Shown piece by piece: positions 11,511 to 23,900 of a stretch of 64,000 nucleotides of DNA. Under the pieces are notes generated by a model. The model was given only the letters and a program-made list of their open reading frames with translations, did no database searches and was not told the origin of the DNA. The stretch is from the NCBI GenBank assembly GCA_002633005.1, contig NMRA01000007.1, positions 2,131,839 to 2,195,838 on the forward strand, written 5' to 3'. This DNA comes from Phoronis australis. Lineage: Eukaryota > Animalia > Phoronida. A program made the position numbers and the translations under genes. The number at the start of each line of letters is the position of its first letter. Position 1 is the stretch's first letter.

Positions 11511-11571
11511 CGCTGGTTCCCTGCGTGCCGCTAGGTGGGGCGGGCTGGGCTAAGCACGCAGGGAACCAGCG
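11511..11571. repeat. Perfect 18-bp inverted repeat (mini-MITE or hairpin)
   Basis: cgctggttccctgcgtgc (11511-11528) pairs with gcacgcagggaaccagcg (11554-11571) around a 25-nt G-rich loop. Confidence 0.85.
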
Positions 11572-14500
11572 AGCGGTTAAGGCAAGCCAAATTCAGATTC
11601 GTGAGCCATAACAAAAGTGTCACTTTATCGCATAGACTAGGAATAATTTCTAATCTGAGAAAGGAGCAAGCTGAGACCATGTTCATAACGGTAAATGACC
11701 CAAATAAAAAGTGAATTTGCGTCGAAAGGCGACTAAGCAGCGACAACTGGCATAAAATTTCGTCAAACTGAAAGTTTTAGATTTATACGAGCTAACCGAC
11801 AGCGCTGATAGAGAACCGATTATTGTTGCGCTTACATCAACTAACACCTTAGTATGTCGAACGGACAACTTGTTAACCATAGACATATAGGCCTATTCAT
11901 GGGGGAGGAGGGGGGGAGTGGGTTCCAAAACACGGGGTCCATGTCGCAACAGTTCATTCAAGTTTAATTACTTTTCATTGCAGCATCAGGTCTTGGCCAC
12001 GTGGAGCCAGAGTAACTCTAATCTCCGGCAGTGTAGACATGCTGATCACGAACTTGCTTGTCGACCTAACCACTAGATTGCTACTTTTTATTCTACTCGA
12101 TCCGTAGGTCGGCTCAAGAACATACCAATGTGGTATGCTAACGAAAAATAGACCCTAAGGAAGTGATGACGTAGCAAAATGAATCTAAAGCGAACGCCGC
12201 CCGCGCGAATTTGAGGCTGGCGTGAGGGCTTCAAGTACGCTTCGCAGCATCGTAGCGGACCCATCAGCGGAATTAATGCTATGTCAGAGTTGAGATTTTT
12301 CGGAAGGCAAGAACAATTGACTGACGTCCTAAATGAATTTGATTGGGCATAAACATAAAAAGTTACCACAAATCGCCTAGGGCAGTCTGAATCTGAACAA
12401 AATGGTACGTGACCCAAGTTTTTGTTGGAGCGCACGTGTTTCAGCACGAAGCTTGAAATTCATACACAACCACTCTGTTGAAGTTACGGTGTTTCCCAGC
12501 TTGGCGATGTGAGAACCGCCGATGTTTGGAAAAAAGTAATTTTGTCATACCGGTTTCCCCTGCTTGGGTTTTCTCAAACTTTTGAAGCAATATCACACCA
12601 AGGCTTAGACTGTGAAAGAAAGCAGAGGCTTTAAAAATGTGTAAAACACGTGAGCTGGGGAAAAACTAAAAAACTAGAAATACCAACAGCTGCTACACGG
12701 AAATACCCAATGAAGTCTGCTGATTTAAAATGACAAATAACGGTTGCAAACGCAAATCACTAACTGAAAACAGATGGCCATATCTAAGTCGCGGAATTTG
12801 ATATTTAGACGAACGAGAACTAAAAGAGAACGCGGAAATAACGGAAGCCTACAAAAAGCTCCCATCAGTATTCTGAGAGAATCCGACGAGGTTGTTTTCT
12901 AAATAAGTCGGAGACACGGAGGCGCCTCAGTGGTTGAATCAAGTGTTGATATATCAGTACACGCTCGCATTTCAGCGTTTTTGCCGTTACTGGTCCCAGT
13001 ATAGGGTAAGTAATAACTACTTTTCTGCCTTGAGATAATATTATGTTACTAGTACTTTCTTACTGACCGAGTCAGCTAATCTAGATTCCTCCGCTTACCA
13101 TGAACCTAAAATAAACCTGCGTAATAACGCGATCGTTACGGGCAAGTGGGACGTTAGAGAATCGTGGATGAGTTCAGGATACGGAACGGACGATATGAGC
13201 GACTTAATTCATCTCAATGTAAGTACACTGGAATCTGATCAACTTTTATAAAGACAACGTTTATTGTCGAACTAAAATGTACCCGTAGCCTCAGCATAAT
13301 TCCGAGTAGATATTACTTTAAAGAGAGTCGGTGCTAAATCTGGCAAAAGTCGAATTGCACATCCGCGGTGTCAATACATTACTGCAGAGTTCCGTAAATG
13401 TGCTGCCTAGATGATACGCTGAAAATTATCCTTTTAACGCCCAGAGGTAATGCTTTCTATCGATTTTGGGGCTTAACTTATTGCACAACTTTTATATATT
13501 GTTAATAAACATTTAAAAAACGACTCAGTGACTAACTTGAATGTATCTGCGCATGCACAATAATTTTCCCTTCCTAGTATCTGATATTGGGAGCGTTATT
13601 TATAGGTCACATAAGTGCAGTGAAGCGTAAAAACTGGATTTATATAAACAGATCGCCGAAAGTCACAAATAGCCGCCGGCTTCCAAAGCCCGCTGACTGC
13701 CTTCACATCTGATTCCGTCCCCTCAGTCATCAAGATAACAAAGTGCGCATATATTTTTGCTTTAAAAAAAAGAACTGGCGTGAAAGATGGTGTATCAAAT
13801 TTCCCAAATTAAGACGTCCGATTTAATCAGTTAAGGCAAGGTTATCTAGTAATGACAGAGCCTACTGTTTTCAGCGTGTCAACAGCCCAATCAAGCCGAG
13901 TGAACTGAACAACTGACTGAGTTAAGACATTCTCAAATTTCACGGGCCGTACTCAAGTTATATTTTGAAGAAGTTACATCGTGAGGAAGTCAGTATTGTG
14001 GAGAAAGAACCATTTTACTCATATTTCGCGAGCAGATTGGCCGGCTGGAAATGAACCGAATCAGTAAAGAAAAGTTAGGATATCAATGATACAGGCCTAC
14101 GTCTTCGTGGTACTGTGGGTCAAAGTTCAACTTTGATCTGACGGTCTGGGAAGGATCAGAGTCCCTGACAGGCTGAGACAGACAACGGAATGCCTCCTTA
14201 GTTGATTAACCAAATATTGTTTATTGTATTAGTGAATAATTATTCTGGGTATTGCCATTGTTATTGATAGAAGAAATTGTACCACCGACGGTTGTACAAG
14301 TTGTTGCTATCTTTTTAGAAGCATGGCTGCCGGAACCCGCCGGTAGGGCCGGGTTCTTTGCGAAATTACTTTTGACATTTTCTGTCCTCCTTTTGCGCGG
14401 CCTAACTGAAGATAACTATCTAGTGTTCTGGGCTAGAGTACATTATGGTTTATGTGGATGACTGCCTTAACGTAGCCTGTCCCTGATGACCCCACATTCG

Positions 14501-15058
14501 AGTCTGCATGATTCGAGTTTTTACTCGAGTTCTTGTTGAGCGCCATCTAGGGGGTCACCATGAGTGGGAACATGGACTAGACACGCATCCACACACATTT
14601 TCATTATAATGTACAGAAAAACAGACTTGTGTCACGAGTTCAAACTAATAATTTCGGGTTCGATTTCGAGTACAAAAATTAGCCGATCCCGGTACCCTTT
14701 TGAAAAGTAATTAGGTCTATTCGAGAGCTTGCAATTTTTATTTTAAAAGTTGTATAACAATCATGTTCAGCACACCTTTTTGCTAATCACTGCACTTAGT
14801 TCTACTCCACATCTCAGACACAGATTCAGAGGGGGTTCATAGGGTCCGGACGCACCCTGCTCGGTCACCTTTACCTTGTCGAGTGGAGGAATCTCAAGCA
14901 CCCCATATGTTTGTCCATTGCCGGTCCTGAATCCACTTCCTTCCATGCACAGAGACTGAACACGAGAAGACGAGAAAAAATACAACCAACACATGAAGGA
15001 TTTGAACCTGGGCCAACAATACAGTTCTACCTATACTATGCCTGGGCCCGCCGGATGA

Positions 15059-15166
15059 ATCCAAATTGTTGCCAGGACCTCGAGGAGTCCATTGTTGCCT
15101 GGACCAAAACAAGTCCATTGTTGCCTGAGCCTCGACAAGTCCATTGTTGGTTGGACCTCGAAGAGT
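15059..15166. repeat. Minisatellite, 26-bp unit, ~4 copies
   Basis: gtccattgttgcctggacc... recurs at 15087, 15113 and 15139. Confidence 0.8.
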
Positions 15167-18100
15167 GTAGTATGCAGTTGCGCTATTCTGTACTAATGCA
15201 GTCTCCAGCCAGACAGACGAGGTGTCCGCGAAGATTTAATTGGTGCACACCACCCAAGCCATTTTTAAACGAAAATCTATGTCACAATACGTTCACTCAG
15301 CCAATTGACTAATGTGACGATAGAACAAAGACCTCTTACCCGAACAAACGTGTATCATTTAAAGTGGCGGTCTGGCTACAAAAGTGCAAGCGAACGGAAA
15401 ACGCCATTGATGTTGGGGTAACTCCTTAAGGAAAGCGCCAGCAAAAATGACCGTTGTAACTGTTCCCATTGCTGGCGTGTTTGCTGCTGGCGACAGCGTT
15501 AGTGTTTTAGCCACCATGTGAACGAGGTATAATTACAATTCTCAACGAACGCGTGATACTTCATTATTATTTACAAAACCTTCAAATGTACTGATCGTTC
15601 AACTGTGTAGTGTAACATTCATTCTTAGTGTGTCATACATCGACCATAAAATGACCCGGAAAAATAGACTTTCTCGCCAGATCGGCTTACATTGTATCGA
15701 GTCATGGTTTTATCTACAACCGCATCACGCGGGAAGATACTTTCTTGGAATTTCAAAAAGTGTTTTCCTTTTGGTTCTTCAAACAGACCCATAAATTCAT
15801 CGAACTCTAAACTATTACTGATAAACGCAAAAACAAAACGCCCGTTGCGCTTAGTCACTTGTGGTGCTATTCAATTTTATTTAAAATATCTTCTGTTTTT
15901 ACAGACATTAGCTATCAACTGATTCATTTATATCTGTCTGTTGTCACTTGTTGTGCTGTTGACACTGCTATTCCTTAAAGAATGAATCATTGCTTAGCTA
16001 CAGATGGCAATGCTTTGAAACTACAGTATATCTAAAGTAAATATTCTAGATGTCATTGGCTCTTTTGTTTATGATGGTGGTTGCACACCTACATTAGTTT
16101 ATTAGTTGTAAATTTGGATATTTTGACACCTATCACGTTTGTTTTCGATTTGGTGATCTGATACTACCCTTCACGTTGTACCAGTTACTGAAAGCTCAGA
16201 GATTTTTATATATCTGAGCTGAAAGTGAGTGTTGGTTTCAGTTCCAGTTGACAACCGGTTCCAGGCTCAGAATGTTGGTAACGCTATTGATCTTATTTTC
16301 CACAACCTCCGTGGTTTCAAAATACGTAAATCAAAGCCGAACTGTGGTCGAATCTGTTGGATGTCCACCTACCTGTGAATGCTATGTTCCAGTAAGGTAG
16401 GTCAAATTTCTGTGATCTCTCATGTGTTCAAATAATTGTGAATTTCAGTTGTTTTTTCAGCTGAACATTGAGCGAGGTTTTTGGACTATTATGGATATTC
16501 GTGTTGCAGACGAAATTTCCCTGATGTATAGATTGTTTTCATGGCCAGTCTGCCAATCAACACCCTCGCAGTCCGCACGTGCTTTCTCATTTACAGCGTC
16601 CTTTTCTCGTCACCGCAGTTCGATTTTTCGAGCTGTAAGTCTTTATCATCAATCGCAACTAAGTTCTCACAAGCTCATTTCTTTTTTCAATGACCACATT
16701 TTTTCTTGAATTGCGTCCTTTTCTTACAAACAGATATCATTTTATGAAACTTTTACAATTTTCATGATTAGAGGACGTTTTATCTGTGAACAAAACCGAT
16801 ATTGACGAATAGAGAAATTTAGAAAGACGTAAATTTGCACAATTATTCCAAGAAATGCTGCAGAGAATCGTTTTAAACACATAATGTGAGTTGGAGGTTG
16901 GCACTGGGTATCACTGGCATGAGAGATTTTACCCAAGACTACAAAATTGCGAAGGAGAATGCCTTCAGTAGGCGTACTGACGACAAATCGAGTCCCCATT
17001 TTGTAAATGAATCGTTGTAGGAATAAGAGATATCATGAAAATGTAATATGTCCTGTACAATGCCTCTTTTTCATAAAGTGGAAGAGATGGCATTTTGACT
17101 GTTGCCATTCTGTGATACGAGAGAAGATAAAAATATTTATGGACGAGGAATTACTATATAATTTCGATCTGTTCAAAGCGGTTCATGACAAAAACTGAAT
17201 TAATGAGAAATGAGTTTTGGTTGGTGATAGAATAACTACAGCTTGTAAGAAAATATTGCCTCGGTGAGTAAAGGAGACTGTTAATGAGAGCGCCCTTACG
17301 GCTGGATGGTGAGCGGGGAAGGGTGCCAGCCAAGTTGTAAGCGGTAACTTCTTAGGGCTTCGCTTTATTATTAAAAGATAAACGCCTCCAGAAAAGGTGG
17401 AAACCTGGTCAAATCAAGCTCAGGACTACCAGGAGGGTCATTCCAGAGAGTGATATATTTGTTCCAACTTGTTAACTTGTGTCGGGAAGCTTAATGTAAA
17501 CTCACTAAAGTGCACGAACATCGACAAATAGTTGCCGTAGATTGTAGTTCATAAAGTAGGTAAAGCCCGGAAACGATTACTACTGTTAGTTGTCTGTCAG
17601 TTGTGTGTTATTTCATGCGACCAGAGCGTAAACTACTTTAAAAACCCATATATTTTGTTATCACAATGAGTTGTCTTAGACGCACATTGCTTGAAGGGAA
17701 GCGAAATACATATACCACATGTCATTCGTTTCCACGGTGATCATCATTGCAGAAACAAACTGGTATCCCTTCCAAGACGAATACACAAAAAGGGGCCGCT
17801 CGTGTTCTAATTGACTTAACCCCGGTCTTGGAATTTCTGTCTGTGCCTTTACAGCGAAATAAACACTTTTTACAATCCCCTTCTGATCTAAAATCAGAGT
17901 CGGTGGTGGGCATAGAACGCGGGTTGGTAAAGAAGTGGCGTGGGTATTTTGCCCCATGAGTCATCGTCTCGAGTGGATCATTTGATTTTGCGGCGGTATT
18001 TACGTTTTCTTTATGACTCAGTGTTGTCAAGAGAAAATCTTCCCGTTTTCCTAAGGACCAGGAATAGACCTTTCTTAAAATATTACCTCATGCGTTGACG

Positions 18101-19436
18101 GGAAATTCAAAATTTTTGAATTTAAGGCGCCATCTTCCAAGCTAATTGGTATAGAACACACGGTGTGGTAAAATACCATCATCAGCGTTGTGCCTGTACC
18201 TGTCAGAATCTGGATAACGTATCAGAATACAATATCAGCATTAAGCTATAAATACTCACTGGCCTCCTAAAAAATCTCAGGCAGAGTCAAAGCACAATAT
18301 TCCATGACATGCTTTGTGAATTCTGTCACAATGGATCGACTTTTATAGTCATACTATATGTAAGTCCCATAGTAAAGTTGAATCTTTTTTCCGGTCCATC
18401 TTCCACAGTAACAAGTCTGGGATGAAGCCGCCATGTTACGATGACTCCAATCCACTGAACGTTTAAGGACTGTACGGCTAAAAGTGGCAGTCTAAAAGTA
18501 CCTTGGACGGCGCACTATAGGGGGCTGGAGGGCCCACTTCTTTCAGTACTGCACCACCCATGGGCATGAATGGTGCGAACCACAGCCCGGCCCCCACTTT
18601 TTTCAGTGCTGCTCCGCCCATGACAGAGAGCATGTTTATCCATTTCAATGTCATGTAACCGATCTTTTAACACCAGAATGAGGATAAATCTGAAGTTTCA
18701 TGAAAAGAAAGGGCAAAACTTCCTCATGAATTATGATTCAGAGCTTTCTTTGACCGAAACTCCATGTGAGCGCAAAATACACGCCATAAACAGGCTTGTG
18801 CCTCATGGATCCTTATCACCACCAAATCTTCCTCAATTGTCCTCAAATAGTAAACATGTGGTATCTTTAATCTGCGAAATACTGCAGATTCGAAATTGTT
18901 AACATGCTAGGAGGAAATACTTCAGCAATGTCAAACAAAACTTTTCTGTTTGTTGAACATGCCGTCAAATCTGCTAAGTTGACAGGAAAACGACAAAACA
19001 TGTTCATTGATGCCGGTGGCCAGACACTAGTCACACAAGCATGTAACGTGCTTCACGACTAAAAACTAAACCACGTCTATATGCTGCCCCTAAAATGAAC
19101 ACCAAGTGAAGTCACTGCATAAAAAACAACGACGGCAACTTAAACCACGCGCTTAATTTAAAATAAATGCTGACGTGTGACGTGTTAATAAATGTCATAT
19201 TCCGAAAGGAATTGACTTTTTTCTTTGACTATTCCCTATACAAAAAAGCCGTTTACACATATGGTAGACAAAACAAGTTTTATCGCCAATTTTGTGCGTT
19301 CAACGCTTTATGCCTTATCAGGAAAGTATATCATGAAACGTGGAACAACAAAATCCAACATTAATGATTTAAGAAATAACCAATTTATGAGTTTTGTAGT
19401 TTTTGCCTCAGAATATAACAGAACAATAGGGTGAAC

Positions 19437-19689
19437 CATGCGCGCACCCAGCCTTCAATATGGGGGGGCTCGAATTTCTGACCTTGTGGACCATTTGGTA
19501 ACAAAAGGCGGGCAGACTAAAAAAGAAAAAACGGGGCCACCACTGTGAATTACGCTTTTGTGCTTGTTTAGTGGACTTTTGTCTTATTTTCTCGGACTTT
19601 TTGTTTCTCAGGGGCGGACCTTTTTGCCCACTTCGCCAAATGGGGGGCTCGTTCGAGCCTCCCGAGCCCCCCCCTTGGGTGCGCACATG
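19437..19689. mobile_element. MITE with CATG termini and 5-bp TSD
   Basis: TIRs catgcgcgcaccca / tgggtgcgcacatg, with TGAAC on both sides (19432-19436, 19690-19694). Confidence 0.85.
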
Positions 19690-20052
19690 TGAACGCAAAA
19701 AATAGGCATTTCCTCAATACAAAGGCACAAGGCAAAATAAATTAGCATGACCCTAGAAATCACAATAATATATTAATTATGCGCTGTTGAGTTCATTTAC
19801 CAATCTACACATGTTCAGCTCTCCAGAATCTCGTACTGCACATCTCCAGGAACTGCAAATGGTACTGAGCAGATTAACTTCCTTGTCCCGTATTACACTC
19901 AACTTTAGGTTCTGTCAATGGGTCTCAGAATAACGAAATATATTTCGCAATGCCATTTTTAAGAAGCATTGGAATAAACAACAGGAAATCATCATCCTGC
20001 TTTACGAAAGCGGAAGTTAAATTTGGTTGTGGATTAATTTTGTTTATGTCAG

Positions 20053-20270
20053 CATGCGGGGGGGGATTTAGCGAAGTGGGCAAAAAAGGCCCGCCTCAGA
20101 GAATCAAAAATTCTGAAAAGTAGAAGCTTAGACAAAAGTCCACTAAAATGGCAGGAACTACCAAAATACGGTGAATGCAGAATTTACTGCTCTGGACGTA
20201 CCCCGTTTTTTAGTAAAAGGTCCACAATCTCAAAGATTCCCCCCATTTCTCGAGGCTGGGTGCATGCATG
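20053..20270. mobile_element. Second, inverted and internally deleted copy of the 19437 MITE family, 5-bp TSD
   Basis: Its interior is the reverse complement of 19437-19689 (gcgaagtgggcaaaa, gacaaaagtccactaaa, gctgggtgcatgcatg). GTCAG flanks both ends (20048-20052, 20271-20275). Confidence 0.8.
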
Positions 20271-20878
20271 GTCAGTGACAAGTTTTTGTCTTTACAAGGA
20301 ATGCAGAATTGCGTTAGCAATAATGTGCGACCGCCTCATACCTTGGTCACATTTCGCAAAGAAATTTACCAGTATCTTTGACGTAACAATAATATCTCGG
20401 TACATCGGGGGATGCTTAGCCAATCACGCCGATTGAGTATCATTCCTACCCAAATGACTACTGAGACGATTTTTTGTCAGATCAATAGCACGTACAGGTG
20501 ATTTTTTTACGCCAACATCCAGGAGGCGCTTCCACTAAACCCCCAATAATTGCTCGATTGTCGTCAACCGATATCACTGTTTTTTGCCACAAACTCAGAT
20601 TTATGTGTCCGAGGCGTGAAGCAACGACCGGACTTAGACGTTTGACTAAATCGGCCACAATAGCTTGTTTCATCAAACGTCGCACGCAATCACGACGGTC
20701 GCAGGCATGTTATCGCGAACGCGACACTACATTTTTCATAAAGTGAAACGCTACAACTGACGGTCGTTCGAGTTTGAATACATGGACCCAGACCTTTGTA
20801 ATGACTCCAGATAAGCGGGCAGATCATCACACACTATGGCCTGCGAGTGAATTGGATTTGTTTTTAGTACACATGTAG

Positions 20879-20940
20879 GGAGATCTGTGTACTCGTAGTC
20901 AGATGGGAAACGAAGACTGCAGCGACCATTACGTTAAAAG
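20879..20940 (+). CDS. LRR gene exon (Cys-containing N-cap region)
   Basis: GDLCTRSQMGNEDCSDHYVK; donor AG|GTAAAT, phase 2, which matches the next exon. Confidence 0.5.
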
Positions 20941-23900
20941 GTAAATGTGTATCAGAAAATTTGTTCCTCATTAGTCGGTAGACTAAATATAAACACTGTG
21001 TAACACCTGGTCCTAAAGGTAGACATTCGTTTTTTACACACGATTTTAACTGTCTGCTTGCAGCAAAATCCCACAATTAAAGAAATTGAACATTGACTGC
21101 AGTGGCAGAAATTTGACCAAGATACCCGACGTAAGCAACGTCGAGCAATGGGGTGACTCCCACAGTGGTGTATACGAAATGGATTTCAAGGATAACAACA
21201 TCAGAAACATCCCTGAGGGTAGGAACTCTGGAGTACATTTTTATATCATGTTTGTTTATTTATGGCAGATATCTGATACATCGAATGTCATCTGTTCTTG
21301 GCCCGTTTTATCAACAATCTTGGTCCCCACGTAAGACCGCAGCTTGCCACCAAAACTTAGCCACCACCAAACGTGCCTTCTTTTTAACAAAACTCAGTTT
21401 TGAGTGAAAATATTGCAACCATCCAAAATTCAAGTTTAAATTTTAAAAACTTTGTTACCTCTCAGAGTCATGTTTGGTCAGAACGCAAATAATTCATGCA
21501 GATAAGCTCAATATCAAAAGTTGCGATTCATTTGGGAAGTGGAATTACCCTTCCGTAACTTTTTTGATTTAGTCTATTTTTTGCCATTCATTCTTCAAAC
21601 GAAACATAACAAATAGCTAACAATAAGGCTGAGGCTATGACATTCAAATACAAGTAATAACATTATAAAAATGTTAACAATAGCGTTTAGGATGATACTC
21701 GTACAGAAGTCAGTCAAAGAGTTTAGGCCACTCTCAGATTAATTTTAAGTGTGCAATATCATATACAGATGTGTCGGTGAATGGAAAACCTAATCTAGGC
21801 GGTTTACCGTTATAAAATTGGTCTCAAATTGTTCCTTGGTCAAAGTAGGTTTTATTTTGAGAGAGAACTAAAGGTTTGTTACACCTTGAGAGTAAAGGCT
21901 CTTCAGGTTGGCTTGCCACGGCCTGTCATTTTATTTAGAAAGCACCCTCTCAAGCGGTAACGAACTCAATCAGGCAAGATCAAATGTCATGGCTCTCTTC
22001 TGAGTAAAAAACGAGTTGCCGGGTACACATTTTATATCGGTAAGTGATCTTAATAAAATTTTATTGTCGGCTTTATTGCCGCACCAGACTATTCCAAAAC
22101 AAACAAGTAAATCCGAAAGGATTGATGTTTTGCGGTTTCGTGTTTCCTTGCGTATCTTGGTGAGTGAAGCGCGTGACGTAGTAACAGGGCTACCATAGAA
22201 TCATACTCACGAGCATGGCATTTTATGCACGAACCACCTATGAAGCTATGAATCATGCATATAAACCCCTGAATCATGCACAAGAATAAAAATCATGCGT
22301 ACGAACCACAAAAATCACACATACCAACACAAATCATACGCACAAATAACCAAACGATTGTTCGTGCGTGTGAGTCGATCGTGTGCATGATTCTTGTGGT
22401 CTGCGCACATGATTGTGGTTCGTATGCATGCTTTTTGGGTTCGCATGCATTATTCATGGGTTCGTATGGAGGATTCATGTGTTCGTAGGTGGTTCGTGCG
22501 CAAAATGCGATGCTCGTGCGTAGTATGATTCTATGGTACCCCTGTATTAGTTTTGGGGGCAAAATCAAATTTTGAATACTTTTGTCTGCTTCATTTGCGT
22601 TGTTTTTGCTTGGGGCAAGTACGGCAAACCGTCCGTTTTACTGCAGTTTAATATTACATAATTCATTTTTAGTAGATGAATGCGTGTTTGTGATCCACAA
22701 GATAAGTTAAGAGCTTCTGATTTACCAACAAGGGGGAAATATCAGAACTACGTAGCTACAGTATTTTTTGTGTTACAGGTGTAGTTCAAATGAAGAAAAT
22801 GTGCTCTATTGTCTTTTGTTCACCCAATAGCATAAATGAGTCTCTTCTGTTGCAGAGATACCTGGGTTTGGTAAATTGAAATTCTCCAAGCTTTCTCTGT
22901 CAAACAATGACATCACAAACCTTGCTTGCCAATCTCTCATATCAGCTGGCGTTGAAGATCTAGATCTGTCGATGAATCCAAGCCTTGAAGTCGATGGCAC
23001 CTTATTTAAAGGTATATTTACTATTTTTACTGTACATTTTGTCGGCGGTTGTCTTTTAGAAATTAAAGAAAAACATGTGGAAAGGTCGGCTTCAACCTGA
23101 TAAACGTTGACATTTCACCAGTTAGGAACAATGCTGAATTTGAACTCGTCTGTTAAAGTTAATATTATGTTACCTTGAGTTTTTGTGGCTATTTCGCGTT
23201 TTCTATTCCACAGGTTACACGATAATCAAAAAATTAACGCTGAACAATATGGGGTTGACAAGAATACCAAGAGAAGCTATAGCCAAATTGAAGAACTTAA
23301 CAGAATTACACATGAAGAACAACTTGATAAAGAAAGTGCAACAAACTGACTTAAAAGGGCTGGATAGCCTGACTCTGTTGGACCTGGAGAACAATTCTAT
23401 AAGTCAAATACAGCAAGAAGCTTTTAAGCCCATGGCGATACCCAGATTTGTGAATCTAAACAGCAACAGTCTCAACGACCTGTCTTTTCATCGTCCTTGT
23501 ACAACAAAGCTACAATTGTCAGTGCTGAAGTAAGTTGGGTTGCATTTAGAAGCGGAGAAACTTTTTGATGATTAGCAGTTTTTAATAGTTCGTTAGACTG
23601 ACTTTTCAGTTTGTTTTACTGTCAGTTGTTTTAACACCCAATAATTGAGGAGATGTCCTTTAAGAAAAACATATTCCTACTCAAGGGATAAAAAAGATAC
23701 AAGCCCGCCTTTCATCACAAAATCAAGTTTTAATTCAGACTACTTACTGTTTTGAAATTGGTCTCAAATTATTCTTTGGTCAAATTACAGTAAAGGGCTT
23801 CAAAATAGTTGACAGTTCGTTATGTGACCAGACTCTACAAGCTTGTTGGTTGTCATGGCACGTTACTTTAAGCGCCGAGCATAGTCTCGAGGAATTACGA

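Noticed and set aside
14215-14510. Possible tyrosine-recombinase (Crypton) C-terminal relic on the minus strand
   Set aside because: There is only a GH dipeptide and an N/G-rich tail in different frames; the catalytic R/H/Y pattern is not recoverable.
15059-15166. CRISPR-like short repeats
   Set aside because: Contiguous 26-bp units with no unique spacers, in a eukaryotic context without cas genes.
7400-19400. Numerous 60-130-aa ORFs in the supplied track
   Set aside because: No recognisable domains or consistent exon chains; many overlap MITE remnants. I cannot exclude small exons, such as the LRR gene's signal-peptide exon.
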